Positions 9,783 to 22,649 of a DNA stretch of 64,000 bases are shown piece after piece. The DNA comes from an uncultured Candidatus Rokubacteria bacterium. GTDB taxonomy: Bacteria > Methylomirabilota > Methylomirabilia > Rokubacteriales > CSP1-6. A program made the translations under genes and the position numbers. A model generated the notes under the pieces. The model searched no databases, was not told the origin of the DNA, and saw only the letters and a program-made list of their open reading frames with translations. Within the stretch, counting starts at the first letter, position 1; each line of letters begins with the position of its first letter. The stretch lies in the NCBI GenBank assembly GCA_963754315.1, contig CAVWFS010000018.1, positions 448,001 to 512,000 on the forward strand. The letters are read 5' to 3'.

Positions 9783-11381
9783 GTGAACGAGGAGGGCAAA
9801 ATGCGCCGTCTTATCAAGATTTATGACACGACTCTTCGAGACGGGACTCAGGGTGAAGGTGTCTCGTTCTCCATGGAGGACAAGGTCCGGCTCACCGCGC
9901 GTCTCGACGCGCTCGGCATCCACTACATCGAGGGGGGCTGGCCGGGGTCGAACCCGAAGGATCTACGCTTCTTTCGGCGTATGCAGGACGCGATCTTCAA
10001 GCACGCCAAGCTCGCCGCATTCAGCATGACGCGCCGCGCAGGGGGCACCGCGGACACCGACCCCAACATGCAAGCTCTCATCGAGGCCGGCGCACCGGTG
10101 GCCACCATCGTGGGCAAATCCTGGGACTTCCATGTCACCGAAGCGCTCGGCACGACGTTGCCCGAAAACCTCGCCATGATTCGTGACACGATCGCCTTCC
10201 TGCGACCCAGGATGGAGGAAGTCATCTTCGACGCTGAGCACTTCTTCGATGGCTTTCGCGCCAATCGAGACTATGCCCTGGCCACCTTGCGGGCGGCCGA
10301 GGAGGCCGGGGTGCATTGGCTCATCCTCTGCGATACCAACGGCGGCACGCTTCCCTTCGACCTGGTCGAGATCATCCGGACCGTCAAGGCGTACGTGCAC
10401 ACACCGCTGGGAATCCACGTCCACAACGACGCTGAGTGTGCTGTGGCCAACTCGCTGGCCGCGGTGGGGGAAGGCGTGGGCCAGGTGCAAGGCACCTTCA
10501 ACGGCTACGGTGAGCGCTGCGGCAACGCCAACCTCGTCTCCGTGATCCCGAGTCTTGTCCTCAAGATGGGGCTCGACTGCATCCCGGAGAACAACCTTCG
10601 CGAGCTCCGCTCGACCGCGCGGTTCGTGGCGGAACTCGCCAACCGGAAGGCCTGGGATGCCCAGCCCTACGTGGGAGATTCGGCCTTTGCTCACAAGGGA
10701 GGCATGCACGTGTCCGCCGTCCTCAAGCACCCGGAGACGTACGAGCACATCGATCCCCAGGCCGTTGGAAACCATCGACGCGTGCTCGTGTCGGAGCTGA
10801 GCGGCAAATCCAACATCATCTGGAAGGCTCGCGAGTACGGCATCGACCTGGACCGCGAGACCCCCGATTCGCGCCGCATCCTCGACCAGCTCAAGGCCCT
10901 GGAGGATGAGGGCTTTCAGTTCGAAGGTGCGGAGGCCTCATTCGAGCTGCTGATGGAGCGAGCGCTGGGGCACCATCAGCCGTACTTCCACCTCGATGCC
11001 TATCGCGTCATCGTGGAGGAGCAGAACGCCAGCCAAGATCCGGTGGCCGAAGCCACCGTGCGGGTGCGGGTGAAGGGCGCGCTCGAGCACACGGCCGCCT
11101 CCGGTAACGGGCCCGTCAACGCCCTCGATCATGCCCTGCGTAAGGCCCTGGAGGAGTTCTACCCGAATCTGCGCGACATGCGCCTGCTGGACTACAAGGT
11201 GCGAATTCTGGACGAGTCGAAAGGGACGGGCGCCAAGACGCGCGTGCTCATCACCTCGGGCGACGGTGAGGAGACATGGAGAACGGTGGGTGTCGCCGAC
11301 AATATCATCGAGGCGTCCTGGCAGGCGCTGGTGGACTCGATCGAGTACAAGCTGCGCTGCGACGAGCGGCGCAGCGTGTGA
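9783..11381 (+). CDS. cimA: Citramalate synthase (LeuA-like, DRE-TIM); start may be ATG 9801
   Basis: [50 protein letters not shown]-terminal regulatory domain. Confidence 0.9.
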   Translation: MNEEGKMRRLIKIYDTTLRDGTQGEGVSFSMEDKVRLTARLDALGIHYIEGGWPGSNPKDLRFFRRMQDAIFKHAKLAAFSMTRRAGGTADTDPNMQALIEAGAPVATIVGKSWDFHVTEALGTTLPENLAMIRDTIAFLRPRMEEVIFDAEHFFDGFRANRDYALATLRAAEEAGVHWLILCDTNGGTLPFDLVEIIRTVKAYVHTPLGIHVHNDAECAVANSLAAVGEGVGQVQGTFNGYGERCGNANLVSVIPSLVLKMGLDCIPENNLRELRSTARFVAELANRKAWDAQPYVGDSAFAHKGGMHVSAVLKHPETYEHIDPQAVGNHRRVLVSELSGKSNIIWKAREYGIDLDRETPDSRRILDQLKALEDEGFQFEGAEASFELLMERALGHHQPYFHLDAYRVIVEEQNASQDPVAEATVRVRVKGALEHTAASGNGPVNALDHALRKALEEFYPNLRDMRLLDYKVRILDESKGTGAKTRVLITSGDGEETWRTVGVADNIIEASWQALVDSIEYKLRCDERRSV

Positions 11382-11423
11382 TCGTCGGGCCAGCGCCACG
11401 CCGAGGTTCCCGACCGAGGAAAT

Positions 11424-11886
11424 TTAGAGATCACGGGCCGCTCGCCAGGTGCGGATCTGCTCTCCGTGCTCGAGGTAGTGGTGGGCGCTGTTGAGGTCGA
11501 TGATCCGGTAGGCAGTTCGGCCGGGCTGCACGCGCTCGTCGGGCACGCCGGCGGCCATGTGCATGAAGTATTCATGGCTGCGGTCGAGTTCGAGCAGGAC
11601 TTCGTCGAGTGGCCAGGCTTGCTTGGCGGCGACGAACCTGGCGTTCCAGGCGTTCGACCTCGTCGTAGGAGACGCCGTCGGGAAGGGGTTTCGCACCACG
11701 AGCAATGCGCCCGAGGGCTGGCCCCATCTCGCGATGCCAGCCCGACATGTGGGCCACGATCTCCCGGATACTCCACGTTCCCAGCCACACCTCGGTCAGC
11801 TGCACCTCGTTGAGTCCGTGGATGGCTGCCTCGAAGGCGTTGTATTCGCGGGCCGCCCGATTCAGAAGCTCGTCTTTTGCCGTCAC
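11424..11886 (-). CDS. DinB/ClbS-DfsB-like four-helix bundle protein, frameshifted near 11655
   Basis: N-half WSIREIVAHMSGW and C-half AWNARFVA...HHYLEH lie in different frames; GGAGG RBS before GTG 11886. Confidence 0.7.
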
Positions 11887-12038
11887 CGACGTTCTCCCTC
11901 CCTTGTCACCATCCGCGTTGGCAGTCAAGCGCGTGAGGTTTTCCACAAATAGCATCGCCCCTCCATGGTAGCCCCAAGAGCGCAACCGAAGGTGGGATGG
12001 CCTTGGCCCGTCGCCGTCCAGTGTAAGATCGTCCACAT

Positions 12039-14153
12039 TTGAGCCAGGGGAGGACGCCTATCAACCTCGAGTCGCTCTTGAGGCCCCGTTCGGTGGCCGT
12101 GCTGGGCGCCTCCGAACGACCGTCGCCCGGTCAGATGATCGTTCAGAGCCTGGAGCGCATCGGGTTTCCCGGCGCGATCTATCCGATCAACCCGAAGTAC
12201 GAGACCCTGTTTGGTCGTCGGTGCTACGCCTCGCTCAGCGAGGTTCCGTCCGGCGTCGACGTGGTCGCCCTGTGCGTCAACCATGCGAGGATCCTCGAAC
12301 ATCTGCCGGCCGCTGCCGAGCGGGGCGTGCGAGCGGCGGTGATCTTCGACGGCGGCTTCGCCGAGAGCGGCGAGGAAGGCGCGCGCCGCCAGGAGGCGCT
12401 TGTTGGGCTCTGCCGAGAGGCAGGAATCGCGTTGTGCGGTCCGAATTGCATGGGGTTCGTCAGTCCCCACGCGCGTGCGCTCGTCTACATCCAGCAGCTG
12501 CGCGACCCGGCGCTGCTGGCGGGTAACGTGGGGCTCATCTCGCAAAGCGGCTCGGTGTGTATCGGCCTCTTGGCCGATTGTCGGCGCTTCGGCTGGAGCC
12601 ACGCGATCTCGTCCGGCAACGAAGCGTTGTTGACCGCCGCCGATTTTCTCGACTATCTGGTCGACGATCCCGCCACCCGCATCGTCGCCCTGTTCCTCGA
12701 AACCATCCGTCAGCCGGAACAATTCGTGAGCGCGCTGGATCGGGCCGCCGATCGTGGCAAACCGGTGGTCGTCCTCAAGGTCGGGCGATCGGAGCGGGCG
12801 CGCCGGGCGATCACCAGCCACACGGGCGGTCTGGCCGGAGAAGCTCGCGTGTTCTCGGCGATGCTGAGAGCCCATCGCGCCATCGAGGTGAACGATCTGG
12901 ACGAGATGGTGGAGGTTTTGGCGTGCAGCCAGGCCGAACGGTGGCCCCGTGGTCGACGGCTGGCCGTGATGACAGCCTCCGGTGGTCAAGCCGAGCTGAT
13001 CCTGGACCTGGCCGCGAGCGCGGCCCTGCACCTACCGCCGCTTTCCGACGACACCCGCGCCAAGATCGGCGCGGTGCTCGGCTCGGTGGCCGGCGACGGT
13101 AATCCGCTTGACGCCTGGGGCCACGGGGACTTCGCCGTGAACTTCCCCCATGCGTTGTCGGTGCTCGGACGGGATCCTGACCTGGACGCGGTCGTGCTGA
13201 GCAGTGATAGTTTCGATGACCAGCCCTTCGGCACGCCCGAACGCCTCCTGGCCTATGCGCGCATCCTGGCCGAGGCGACGACGACCTCGCCAAAGCCGCT
13301 CTACTACATGACCTCGCGGTCGGGCATCTTTCGCCGGGATCTGCTGGCCTTTCTCCGCGGGCACGGCATCCCGTTACTCGGCGGCACCCGGCAGGGCCTG
13401 GCCGCTGTGGATCGACTCGCACGCTGGGCGGAGCCCCGCGCGGCACGTCTGGACCCACCGGAGGCCAGGCGGCGCATCGAAGGAGCCCTGGCGGGCCAGA
13501 GGCGGCCGACGATCCACGAGTACGACACCAAGCGGCTGCTGGCGGACGCCGGCGTGCCCGTGGTCCGTGAACAGCTGGTGAGCACCGTATCCGATGCCCG
13601 CGCGGCCGCTGCCGCAATCAGATACCCGATCGTCCTGAAAGTGGTGTCTGACGAGATTCCTCACCGCTCCGACTTTGGACTTGTCGCGGTGGGCCTGCGC
13701 GACGAGCAGGAGCTGGACCGCGAATGGCAGCGGATGTCGGCGCGCCTTCGCGAGATCGCTCAGGAGCCTGGAGCGCGCTTCCTTGTCCAGGAACACGTGG
13801 ACGGTGGCCTCGAGGTCTTCGCTGGTGTGAAGAACGACCCGTCGTTTGGGCCCGTCCTCGCCTTGGGTGTGGGTGGCCTCCTGGTAGAGGCTCTGGGGGA
13901 CGTCACCCTTCGTCTGCTACCTCTTCGTAAGGGGGAGGCAGAGATCATGGTGGGCGAGACGCGGGTCAAAACACTTCTGACGGGATTCCGAGGTCGGCCG
14001 CCGGGCGACCTGGCGGCGCTGTGCCGCTGCCTGACTGCCCTCGCGGATTTCGCATGGGCCGAGCGAGCGCAGTTGAGCGAGCTCGACGTTAACCCGATCG
14101 TGGTCCGCGAACACGGCTGCACCGTCGTCGACGCCCTGATCGTGCCCCGCTAG
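12039..14153 (+). CDS. ADP-forming acetate/acyl-CoA ligase (alpha-beta fusion, ATP-grasp)
   Basis: PRSVAVLGAS, GPNCMG, SQSG, SHTGGLAG, NPLD, ELDVNP, VDAL. Confidence 0.88.
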   Translation: MSQGRTPINLESLLRPRSVAVLGASERPSPGQMIVQSLERIGFPGAIYPINPKYETLFGRRCYASLSEVPSGVDVVALCVNHARILEHLPAAAERGVRAAVIFDGGFAESGEEGARRQEALVGLCREAGIALCGPNCMGFVSPHARALVYIQQLRDPALLAGNVGLISQSGSVCIGLLADCRRFGWSHAISSGNEALLTAADFLDYLVDDPATRIVALFLETIRQPEQFVSALDRAADRGKPVVVLKVGRSERARRAITSHTGGLAGEARVFSAMLRAHRAIEVNDLDEMVEVLACSQAERWPRGRRLAVMTASGGQAELILDLAASAALHLPPLSDDTRAKIGAVLGSVAGDGNPLDAWGHGDFAVNFPHALSVLGRDPDLDAVVLSSDSFDDQPFGTPERLLAYARILAEATTTSPKPLYYMTSRSGIFRRDLLAFLRGHGIPLLGGTRQGLAAVDRLARWAEPRAARLDPPEARRRIEGALAGQRRPTIHEYDTKRLLADAGVPVVREQLVSTVSDARAAAAAIRYPIVLKVVSDEIPHRSDFGLVAVGLRDEQELDREWQRMSARLREIAQEPGARFLVQEHVDGGLEVFAGVKNDPSFGPVLALGVGGLLVEALGDVTLRLLPLRKGEAEIMVGETRVKTLLTGFRGRPPGDLAALCRCLTALADFAWAERAQLSELDVNPIVVREHGCTVVDALIVPR

Positions 14154-14160
14154 TCAGTCA

Positions 14161-14345
14161 GTTTCGAGGCCCGTTCGAGGCCCCCGCGAGTGCGCGCATG
14201 ATCGAGGGGCGCGCCGGGATTCCCGGGGCGTCCCGAGCGCTGAGGGGGCCCGGGGCCCCGCGAGTGCGCGCAGGATCGAGGGGCGCGCCGGGTTTCCCGG
14301 GGGGCCCGAGCGCTGGGGGGAGGGGGCCCGTTCGAGGCCCCCCTT
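14161..14345 (+). repeat. REP-like element cluster, two tandem units (period about 74) between convergent genes
   Basis: gcgagtgcgcgca.gatcgaggggcgcgccggg.ttcccgggg...cccgagcgctg.ggggg at 14186 and 14260; terminal ggggcccgttcgaggcccc hairpin. Confidence 0.85.
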
Positions 14346-14364
14346 CTAATTGGCGGCCCCCCTT

Positions 14365-17105
<2,741 letters not shown>

Positions 17106-17137
17106 TCAGACGGAAAGCCCGGCGCCTGATTTCTCCC

Positions 17138-18763
17138 TCAGCGCGTCGAGGGCCCCGCGCTGAGTCGTAGCGCGAGAAAAACGGGCAGGAGGCCGGCAAG
17201 CACCAAAGCGAGGGATGGCACGGCGGCCTCTGCCCACAGGGACTCCGAGGTTCGTTCCCAGACTTCGGTGGCCAAGGTGCTGAGGCCGAAGGGGCGCAGG
17301 AGGAGAGTGGCTGGCATCTCTTTCATCGTCTCCACGAACACCAAGATCAGCGCAGTCAGCAGCCCGCGTCGGAGCAAGGGCAGATGTACTCGGTACAAGG
17401 TGCCACCCACTCGCGCCCCCAGCGAACGCGCGGCGTCGTCGAGGCTACGCGGGAGGCGGCCAAGGCTTGCGTCCAGAGTCTGAAAGCCGACGGCCACGAA
17501 GCGCACCGAATACGCGAAGAGCAGGCCGGCCACCGATCCCGTCAACAGGAGCCCGAGGGGATAGCCGAGCACGCGCTCTGTCTGAGACACGAGGATGTGG
17601 TCGACCCAGGCCATGGGCACCAGAACACCCACCGCGATCACAGAGCCCGGCAGCGCGTAGCCGGCGGCCGCCACCTGGGTGGCAAGCCGTACACTTGCCG
17701 AGGGATGCAGCCGCCGGGCGTAGGCAAGTACGATGGCCAGGGCAGCCACGAGCAGGGCGGCGGCTGCAGCGAGCGCGAGGGTACGGAGGAGGGTGGCATT
17801 GAAGTGAGGCACGGGGGGCCAGCCAAGGAGAAGAGGCCCTGCCCACACGAGCAGCTGGGTCACCGGGAGAATGAACGCGATACCCAGGACCACCGTGCAG
17901 CTGCCAGTGGCAGCGATGGCTCGGGCCCCCCGGAGCGCGACCGGGGTCACGCCTTGACCGCGCCGACGACTCTGACTGAAACGTGCACGTCCACGCAGGG
18001 AGCGTTCCACGACGACGAGGCCGAGGGCAAACAGGAGAAGCAAGCTTGCCAGCTGGGTCGCTGCGATCCGGTCGAACATGCCGTACCACACCCGATAGAT
18101 GGCCTCGGTCAAGGTCCGATAGCCAAATGTAGCTACCGTACCGAAGTCGGCCAGCGCTTCCATCATGGCCAGGGCACTCCCTGCCACGAGCGCCGGACGG
18201 GCCATGGGAAGGGTGATTTGCCGGAAGGCTCGCAAGCGGGTGCAGCCCAGACTTCGAGCCGTCTCCAGGGTGGCCGCCCCCTGCTCGGTGAAGGCCGAGC
18301 GGGCAAGCAGATAAACATAAGGGTAGAAGACCAAGGTCATGGCTGCCACGACCCCGCCGAAGCCGCGCGGATCGATGGTGAGCCAGGCGCCCAGGCGATG
18401 GCGGACCAACGTCTGTAGAGGACCAGCGAAGTCGAAGAAGCCCAAGAAGGCAAAGCCGACCACGTAGGCGGGCATGGCCAGTGGCAGCACCAGCGCCCAT
18501 TCGAAGAGACTGCGCCCAGGGAATCGATAGTGCACCACGAGCCATGCGAGCGTTGTACCGACCACGAGGGTACCGAAGCCCACCGCTGCCAGGAGAAAGA
18601 CGGTATTCGCTATCAGCTCAAGGAGCTGCGTCCGCATCAGATGGGACCACACCTCGACGGACGGCGTAGCAAGCGACGAGAGGACGGCCGCGATCGGTAC
18701 GGTCAGGACGGAGACGATGCCGAGCGCCCCCAGAGTCCACGGCGACCACACGCGGGAGATCAC
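17138..18763 (-). CDS. Fe(III) ABC transporter permease (FbpB/FutB-like)
   Basis: Two permease repeats, LPLAMPAYV, MEALADFG, KEMPATLLLRPF. Confidence 0.88.
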   Translation of the reverse strand: MISRVWSPWTLGALGIVSVLTVPIAAVLSSLATPSVEVWSHLMRTQLLELIANTVFLLAAVGFGTLVVGTTLAWLVVHYRFPGRSLFEWALVLPLAMPAYVVGFAFLGFFDFAGPLQTLVRHRLGAWLTIDPRGFGGVVAAMTLVFYPYVYLLARSAFTEQGAATLETARSLGCTRLRAFRQITLPMARPALVAGSALAMMEALADFGTVATFGYRTLTEAIYRVWYGMFDRIAATQLASLLLLFALGLVVVERSLRGRARFSQSRRRGQGVTPVALRGARAIAATGSCTVVLGIAFILPVTQLLVWAGPLLLGWPPVPHFNATLLRTLALAAAAALLVAALAIVLAYARRLHPSASVRLATQVAAAGYALPGSVIAVGVLVPMAWVDHILVSQTERVLGYPLGLLLTGSVAGLLFAYSVRFVAVGFQTLDASLGRLPRSLDDAARSLGARVGGTLYRVHLPLLRRGLLTALILVFVETMKEMPATLLLRPFGLSTLATEVWERTSESLWAEAAVPSLALVLAGLLPVFLALRLSAGPSTR

Positions 18764-18769
18764 ATCCAG

Positions 18770-18866
18770 CCCCGCGATCCCCGGGCGGACGTGCTCGGGT
18801 TACCCCGGGATCCCGGGGTAACCCGAGCACGAAGGTGGGCATGGGGGCCCGTTCGGGGCCCCCCTC
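18770..18866. repeat. REP-like element variant containing a perfect 42-bp palindrome (18790-18831)
   Basis: cgtgctcgggttaccccggga|tcccggggtaacccgagcacg plus gggggcccgttcggggccccc hairpin. Confidence 0.85.
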
Positions 18867-18867
18867 A

Positions 18868-19887
18868 TTAGCGATATCCGGCTCGGTCGGCCAGCTTGGT
18901 GGCGGCGGCCTGGAACTCACCCGCTGCGGCCACATTGACATCGTCCTGCTTGTACTTACCCCACTTGGCCACGATAGGATTCACGCCCGCCTGAGGATTG
19001 ACCGGATACTCCATGGAGACGTCGGCGAACATCTGCTGCGCCTCGGGGCTGGAGAGGAACTCGAGCAGCTTGATGGCATTGGCGCGATTCTTCGCGTGGG
19101 CTGTCACCCCCGCCCCCGACACGTTCACGTGGGTGCCGGTGGTGGCCTGGTTGGCCCAGAAGGGCGCGACCGGAAAGGTGGGAGTCTTGGCGAGGATGCG
19201 CGCCAGATAGTAGTGGTTCGTGATACCGACGTCGCACTGACCGGCGGCGATGGCTTCCAGGATCTTCGTGTCCCCGTTGATGAGTACAGGCTGGTTGGCC
19301 GCCCAGCCGCGGACGATCTCCTCGGTGCGGGCCTCACCATACCGTTTGATCATGGTGGCGAGCATCGATTGATTGTAGATGTAGCCCGACGTACGCAGAC
19401 AGATCCGACCTTTCCACTTCGGGTCGCCCAGGGCCTCGTACGTCGATAGCTCGGCCGGCTTGACCTTGTCGACGTTGTACATGATGGTCCGGGCGCGCGC
19501 GGTGAGCCCGAACCAGCGGTTCTCGGGATCGCGAAAGTGCGCCGGAATGTTGGCCACGAGATCCGGGGAGTCCACCTTCGCCAGCAAGCCGGCGCGGGCG
19601 GCGTTCCAGAGATTGCCGGCGTCGATGGTGAGCAGCACGTCGGCGGGCGTCTTGTCACCTTCAGCCTTCAGGCGCTCGAAGACCTCGCCACTACTGCCGT
19701 TGAGGATCTTGATCTCGATTCCGGTCTTCTTGGTGAAGGCTTCGAAGGCCGGTTCCTGCCCGTAGTGGCGGGCGGAGTAGACGACCACCTCGGGACCGGC
19801 GGCGGGAGCGCCGACCCCGGTCAGTCCCACCGTGAGCGCTGCGAGGACCAGGATTGCCGTAATGAGCGTTGCCTGACTGGTGCGCAT
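18868..19887 (-). CDS. Fe(III) ABC substrate-binding protein (FutA/FbpA-like)
   Basis: VYSARHY, PADV, YIYNQS, NHYY iron-ligand tyrosines, HVNVSGAG, EYP. Confidence 0.9.
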   Translation of the reverse strand: MRTSQATLITAILVLAALTVGLTGVGAPAAGPEVVVYSARHYGQEPAFEAFTKKTGIEIKILNGSSGEVFERLKAEGDKTPADVLLTIDAGNLWNAARAGLLAKVDSPDLVANIPAHFRDPENRWFGLTARARTIMYNVDKVKPAELSTYEALGDPKWKGRICLRTSGYIYNQSMLATMIKRYGEARTEEIVRGWAANQPVLINGDTKILEAIAAGQCDVGITNHYYLARILAKTPTFPVAPFWANQATTGTHVNVSGAGVTAHAKNRANAIKLLEFLSSPEAQQMFADVSMEYPVNPQAGVNPIVAKWGKYKQDDVNVAAAGEFQAAATKLADRAGYR

Positions 19888-19992
19888 AGACGACCTCGTC
19901 TCGTGCTAGAGTGGCCACCGCCCCGATCCACGTTGCCCGCGCGCGCGGGATGGCGCTATAGTGGAGGTGGCTTGAGGCGGATGGCTACCCGA

Positions 19993-20006
19993 TTAGGTAT
20001 ACCTAA
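19993..20006. promoter_or_regulatory. Putative DtxR/MntR-family operator
   Basis: Perfect palindrome TTAGGTATACCTAA between the divergent futA-like and dtxR-like genes, overlapping the -10 region of a minus-strand promoter (TTGACA at 20023-20018). Confidence 0.75.
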
Positions 20007-20052
20007 GATGAAGAAGGTGTCAAGCCTAGAATCCAAGGCCCGGGCAGCCTCC

Positions 20053-20724
20053 ATGACCGCCACCGCGTCGGTTCAGGATTATCTGGCCGCCATCTACGAT
20101 CTGGGGGGGAGCGGCAAGCCCGTGATCGCTGCGCGGCTGGCCAAGCATATGGCCATCTCTGCGCCGGCAGTGACCGAGTCGGTCCAGCGACTCTCGCGGG
20201 GCGGGTACGTCCGCGTGGGGCGCGGCAAGGAGTTGCTCCTCACCGTGAAGGGGCGCGAGGTGGCCGAAGTCATGGCTCGTCGGCATCGACTCCTGGAGCG
20301 CTGGTTGACGGACATTCTCGGTCTCAACTGGACAGACGCCCACGAAGAGGCCCATCGTCTCGAGCATGCGCTCTCGCCACGGGTAGAGGATCGCCTGGCG
20401 ACCCTCCTCGGCATGCCGAGCACCTGTCCCCATGGCAACCCCATTCCGGGTATGGCCGCCTCGCCCCATGTCGAGGTCTTCCCGCTGAGCCAGGCCCGGG
20501 AAGGAAGCACAGTGGTCGTCGAGCGAATTACCGAGGAGGCCGAGGCCGACAAGAATCTCCTCGAGTACCTCTGGCGGAACGAGGTTCGACCAGGACGGCG
20601 CCTACAAATCACCGAGGTGGCACCCTGGGCGGGTACCATCACCGCGTCCGGTGATGGTAGAACGGTGGCGCTCGGCTTCCCCGCCGCCGCCAAGATCTGG
20701 GTCTACCTCGAGGCTTCCGCCTAG
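20053..20724 (+). CDS. DtxR/IdeR/MntR-family metal-dependent repressor with C-terminal FeoA/SH3 domain
   Basis: QDYLAAIY, RRHRLLERWL, HEEAHRLEH, CPHGNPIP. Confidence 0.92.
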   Translation: MTATASVQDYLAAIYDLGGSGKPVIAARLAKHMAISAPAVTESVQRLSRGGYVRVGRGKELLLTVKGREVAEVMARRHRLLERWLTDILGLNWTDAHEEAHRLEHALSPRVEDRLATLLGMPSTCPHGNPIPGMAASPHVEVFPLSQAREGSTVVVERITEEAEADKNLLEYLWRNEVRPGRRLQITEVAPWAGTITASGDGRTVALGFPAAAKIWVYLEASA

Positions 20725-21644
20725 CGGCGCGCCTTCGCTTGGTCGAGCAACTTCACGACCCGGTCGCGATCCTCGCCCGGGGGCACGACCGCCACGAACT
20801 TCTCCCACGACGTGATCGCCCCCTGAGCATCCTTCTTGGACTCGATGAGAATCTGCCCTCGGTAGAGTAGAGCCGGTGGGTAGTTCGGATTGATGGCGAG
20901 GGCGCGGTCGAGCGTCTCCAGGGCCTGGTCGACGTGACCGCCGAGGGCCACGATCAACCCGAGGTGCGTCATCGCATCGACGTTCTTCGGGTCCCGCTTG
21001 AGTACGGCCTGGTAGGCCGCGATGGCCTCCCCATATCGCCCTTCGAACAAGCTCGCGCGTGCTGCCTGCAGCATGCCCTGCAACATTTCGGGGCTGAGCG
21101 CGCGTGGGGCGGCCCCACCGCCCCCTGGCGCGGGGGACTCGCCACCCCCGGCTGACAATGGCGGGGCCAAGGGCCGTGAACCTACAGCCGCGGCATTCGC
21201 GCTCGGATCAGGGGCGGTGTGCCGCACGACGCCGGCCCCGAGAGCGATGCCGAAAACGAGGAGGCCCAGCGCGCCCGCGGCGATGGCCGCCGGGTGACGC
21301 CAACCTCGGGACGGGCTCACCTTCGCGTCCAGGGATTCAGACACCCCCACGGGAGTGGGGGCCGGACCGAGACGATCCAGTTCGGTCAGGGTCTCGGATG
21401 CCTCGGCCTCCGCCCGAGCCCGGAGATCACGGTAGTCGTCGTCAGAGATGTGACCCGACTCGAACTCGAAATCCAGCTCACGCAGACCCCGGAGCAGCTG
21501 CCGCTTGCGCTCGAGCAGTTGCTCGCGTGCGTCTGGCGGGAGGGGAAGCAGCGCTCTCGCTCTGCTCCGGGAGAGCAGGGGCCAGAGGGCAAAGGCAAAG
21601 GCGGGAAGGCCGATGAGCAGAGTGGCCACCACCGTCGCCCTCAC
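20721..21644 (-). CDS. ccmI: CcmI/CycH-like TPR membrane protein
   Basis: N-terminal TM, LRELDFEFESGHISDDDY, second TM, TPR repeats; last gene of the ccm operon. Confidence 0.7.
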   Translation of the reverse strand: MRATVVATLLIGLPAFAFALWPLLSRSRARALLPLPPDAREQLLERKRQLLRGLRELDFEFESGHISDDDYRDLRARAEAEASETLTELDRLGPAPTPVGVSESLDAKVSPSRGWRHPAAIAAGALGLLVFGIALGAGVVRHTAPDPSANAAAVGSRPLAPPLSAGGGESPAPGGGGAAPRALSPEMLQGMLQAARASLFEGRYGEAIAAYQAVLKRDPKNVDAMTHLGLIVALGGHVDQALETLDRALAINPNYPPALLYRGQILIESKKDAQGAITSWEKFVAVVPPGEDRDRVVKLLDQAKARR

Positions 21645-22117
21645 GGCTCGGTCTCCAGCTCGCGCCGGATGCGCTCGCTCATCGACGCCTCGATCGTCGA
21701 CGGCGTCGCTGGTGCGCGAGTTGAGCGCGGGCGAGTCCACCTCCGGAGACGGACGGCTACCAAGGTGAGCCCGACGAACAGCGCCACGAAGGGCACGACC
21801 CAGACGAGCAAGGTGAAACCGCGTGGACGCGGAGACAGCAGGATCCACTCCCCGTATTTGTCGACGAAGTACTCGATGACCTGGGGCGGTCTGTCTCCCA
21901 TGGCTAGCCGCTCTCGGATGATGGCCCGCATTTGATTGGCCATCTCGGAGGGCGAATCGGCCACGGAGAGGTTCTGGCACACCACACAGCGCAGCTGCGC
22001 GGCAACCTCGTACACCTCGCGCTCGTTGACGTGCACGGCCGGTTGCTGCGCGTGACCGAGCGTCGGGCCGAGAACTCCCATCAAGCCGATCAGCATCAGG
22101 GTGCTCAGGGTTCCCAC
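21641..22117 (-). CDS. ccmH: Cytochrome c biogenesis protein CcmH/CcmL
   Basis: LRCVVCQNLSVADS, YFVDKYGEWILLSP. Confidence 0.92.
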   Translation of the reverse strand: MGTLSTLMLIGLMGVLGPTLGHAQQPAVHVNEREVYEVAAQLRCVVCQNLSVADSPSEMANQMRAIIRERLAMGDRPPQVIEYFVDKYGEWILLSPRPRGFTLLVWVVPFVALFVGLTLVAVRLRRWTRPRSTRAPATPSTIEASMSERIRRELETEP

Positions 22118-22118
22118 G

Positions 22119-22649
22119 TCAGGCCGGCTCTGCCAGCAGGCGGTCGAGCTGCTCGCGCAGCACGCGGTCGGTCACGGCCCCGACATGCTTGGCACGGATG
22201 CGCCCGGCTCGATCGACGAAGAACGTTTCGGGTACACCATACACTCCGAAGTCGACCGAGACCTTGCCAGCTGGATCTGGCGCGTTGGGGAAGGTGAGTC
22301 CGAGGTCACGGATGAACTTCTCGGCCGCCTCCGCCTTGTCCTGGATGTCCACACCGAGCACGATCACGCCGCGGTCACGGTACTCACGCCATCCTCGCTC
22401 GAGGACGGGGGCTTCTTCGTAACAGGCCGGGTAGCACCAAGAGGCCCAGAAGTTCACCACGACGACCTGGCCGCGCAGCGACTCCAGGCTCACGGGGCGG
22501 CCGTCGAAAGTCTGCAGCGCGAAGGGCGCAGCCGGCCTGCCGACGAGCGGCGACGGGATGTCGCGCGGGCTCAGCCGAAAGCCGTAGGCGAGCAGGGCGA
22601 GCACGGGGATGGCGGACAGCGGGAGCAACCATCGCCACCCGCGCTTCAC
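22119..22649 (-). CDS. ccmG: Thiol-disulfide oxidoreductase CcmG/DsbE (TlpA-like)
   Basis: SPLVGRPA, NFWASWCYPAC (CxxxC spacing), GVYGVPETF. Confidence 0.85.
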   Translation of the reverse strand: MKRGWRWLLPLSAIPVLALLAYGFRLSPRDIPSPLVGRPAAPFALQTFDGRPVSLESLRGQVVVVNFWASWCYPACYEEAPVLERGWREYRDRGVIVLGVDIQDKAEAAEKFIRDLGLTFPNAPDPAGKVSVDFGVYGVPETFFVDRAGRIRAKHVGAVTDRVLREQLDRLLAEPA

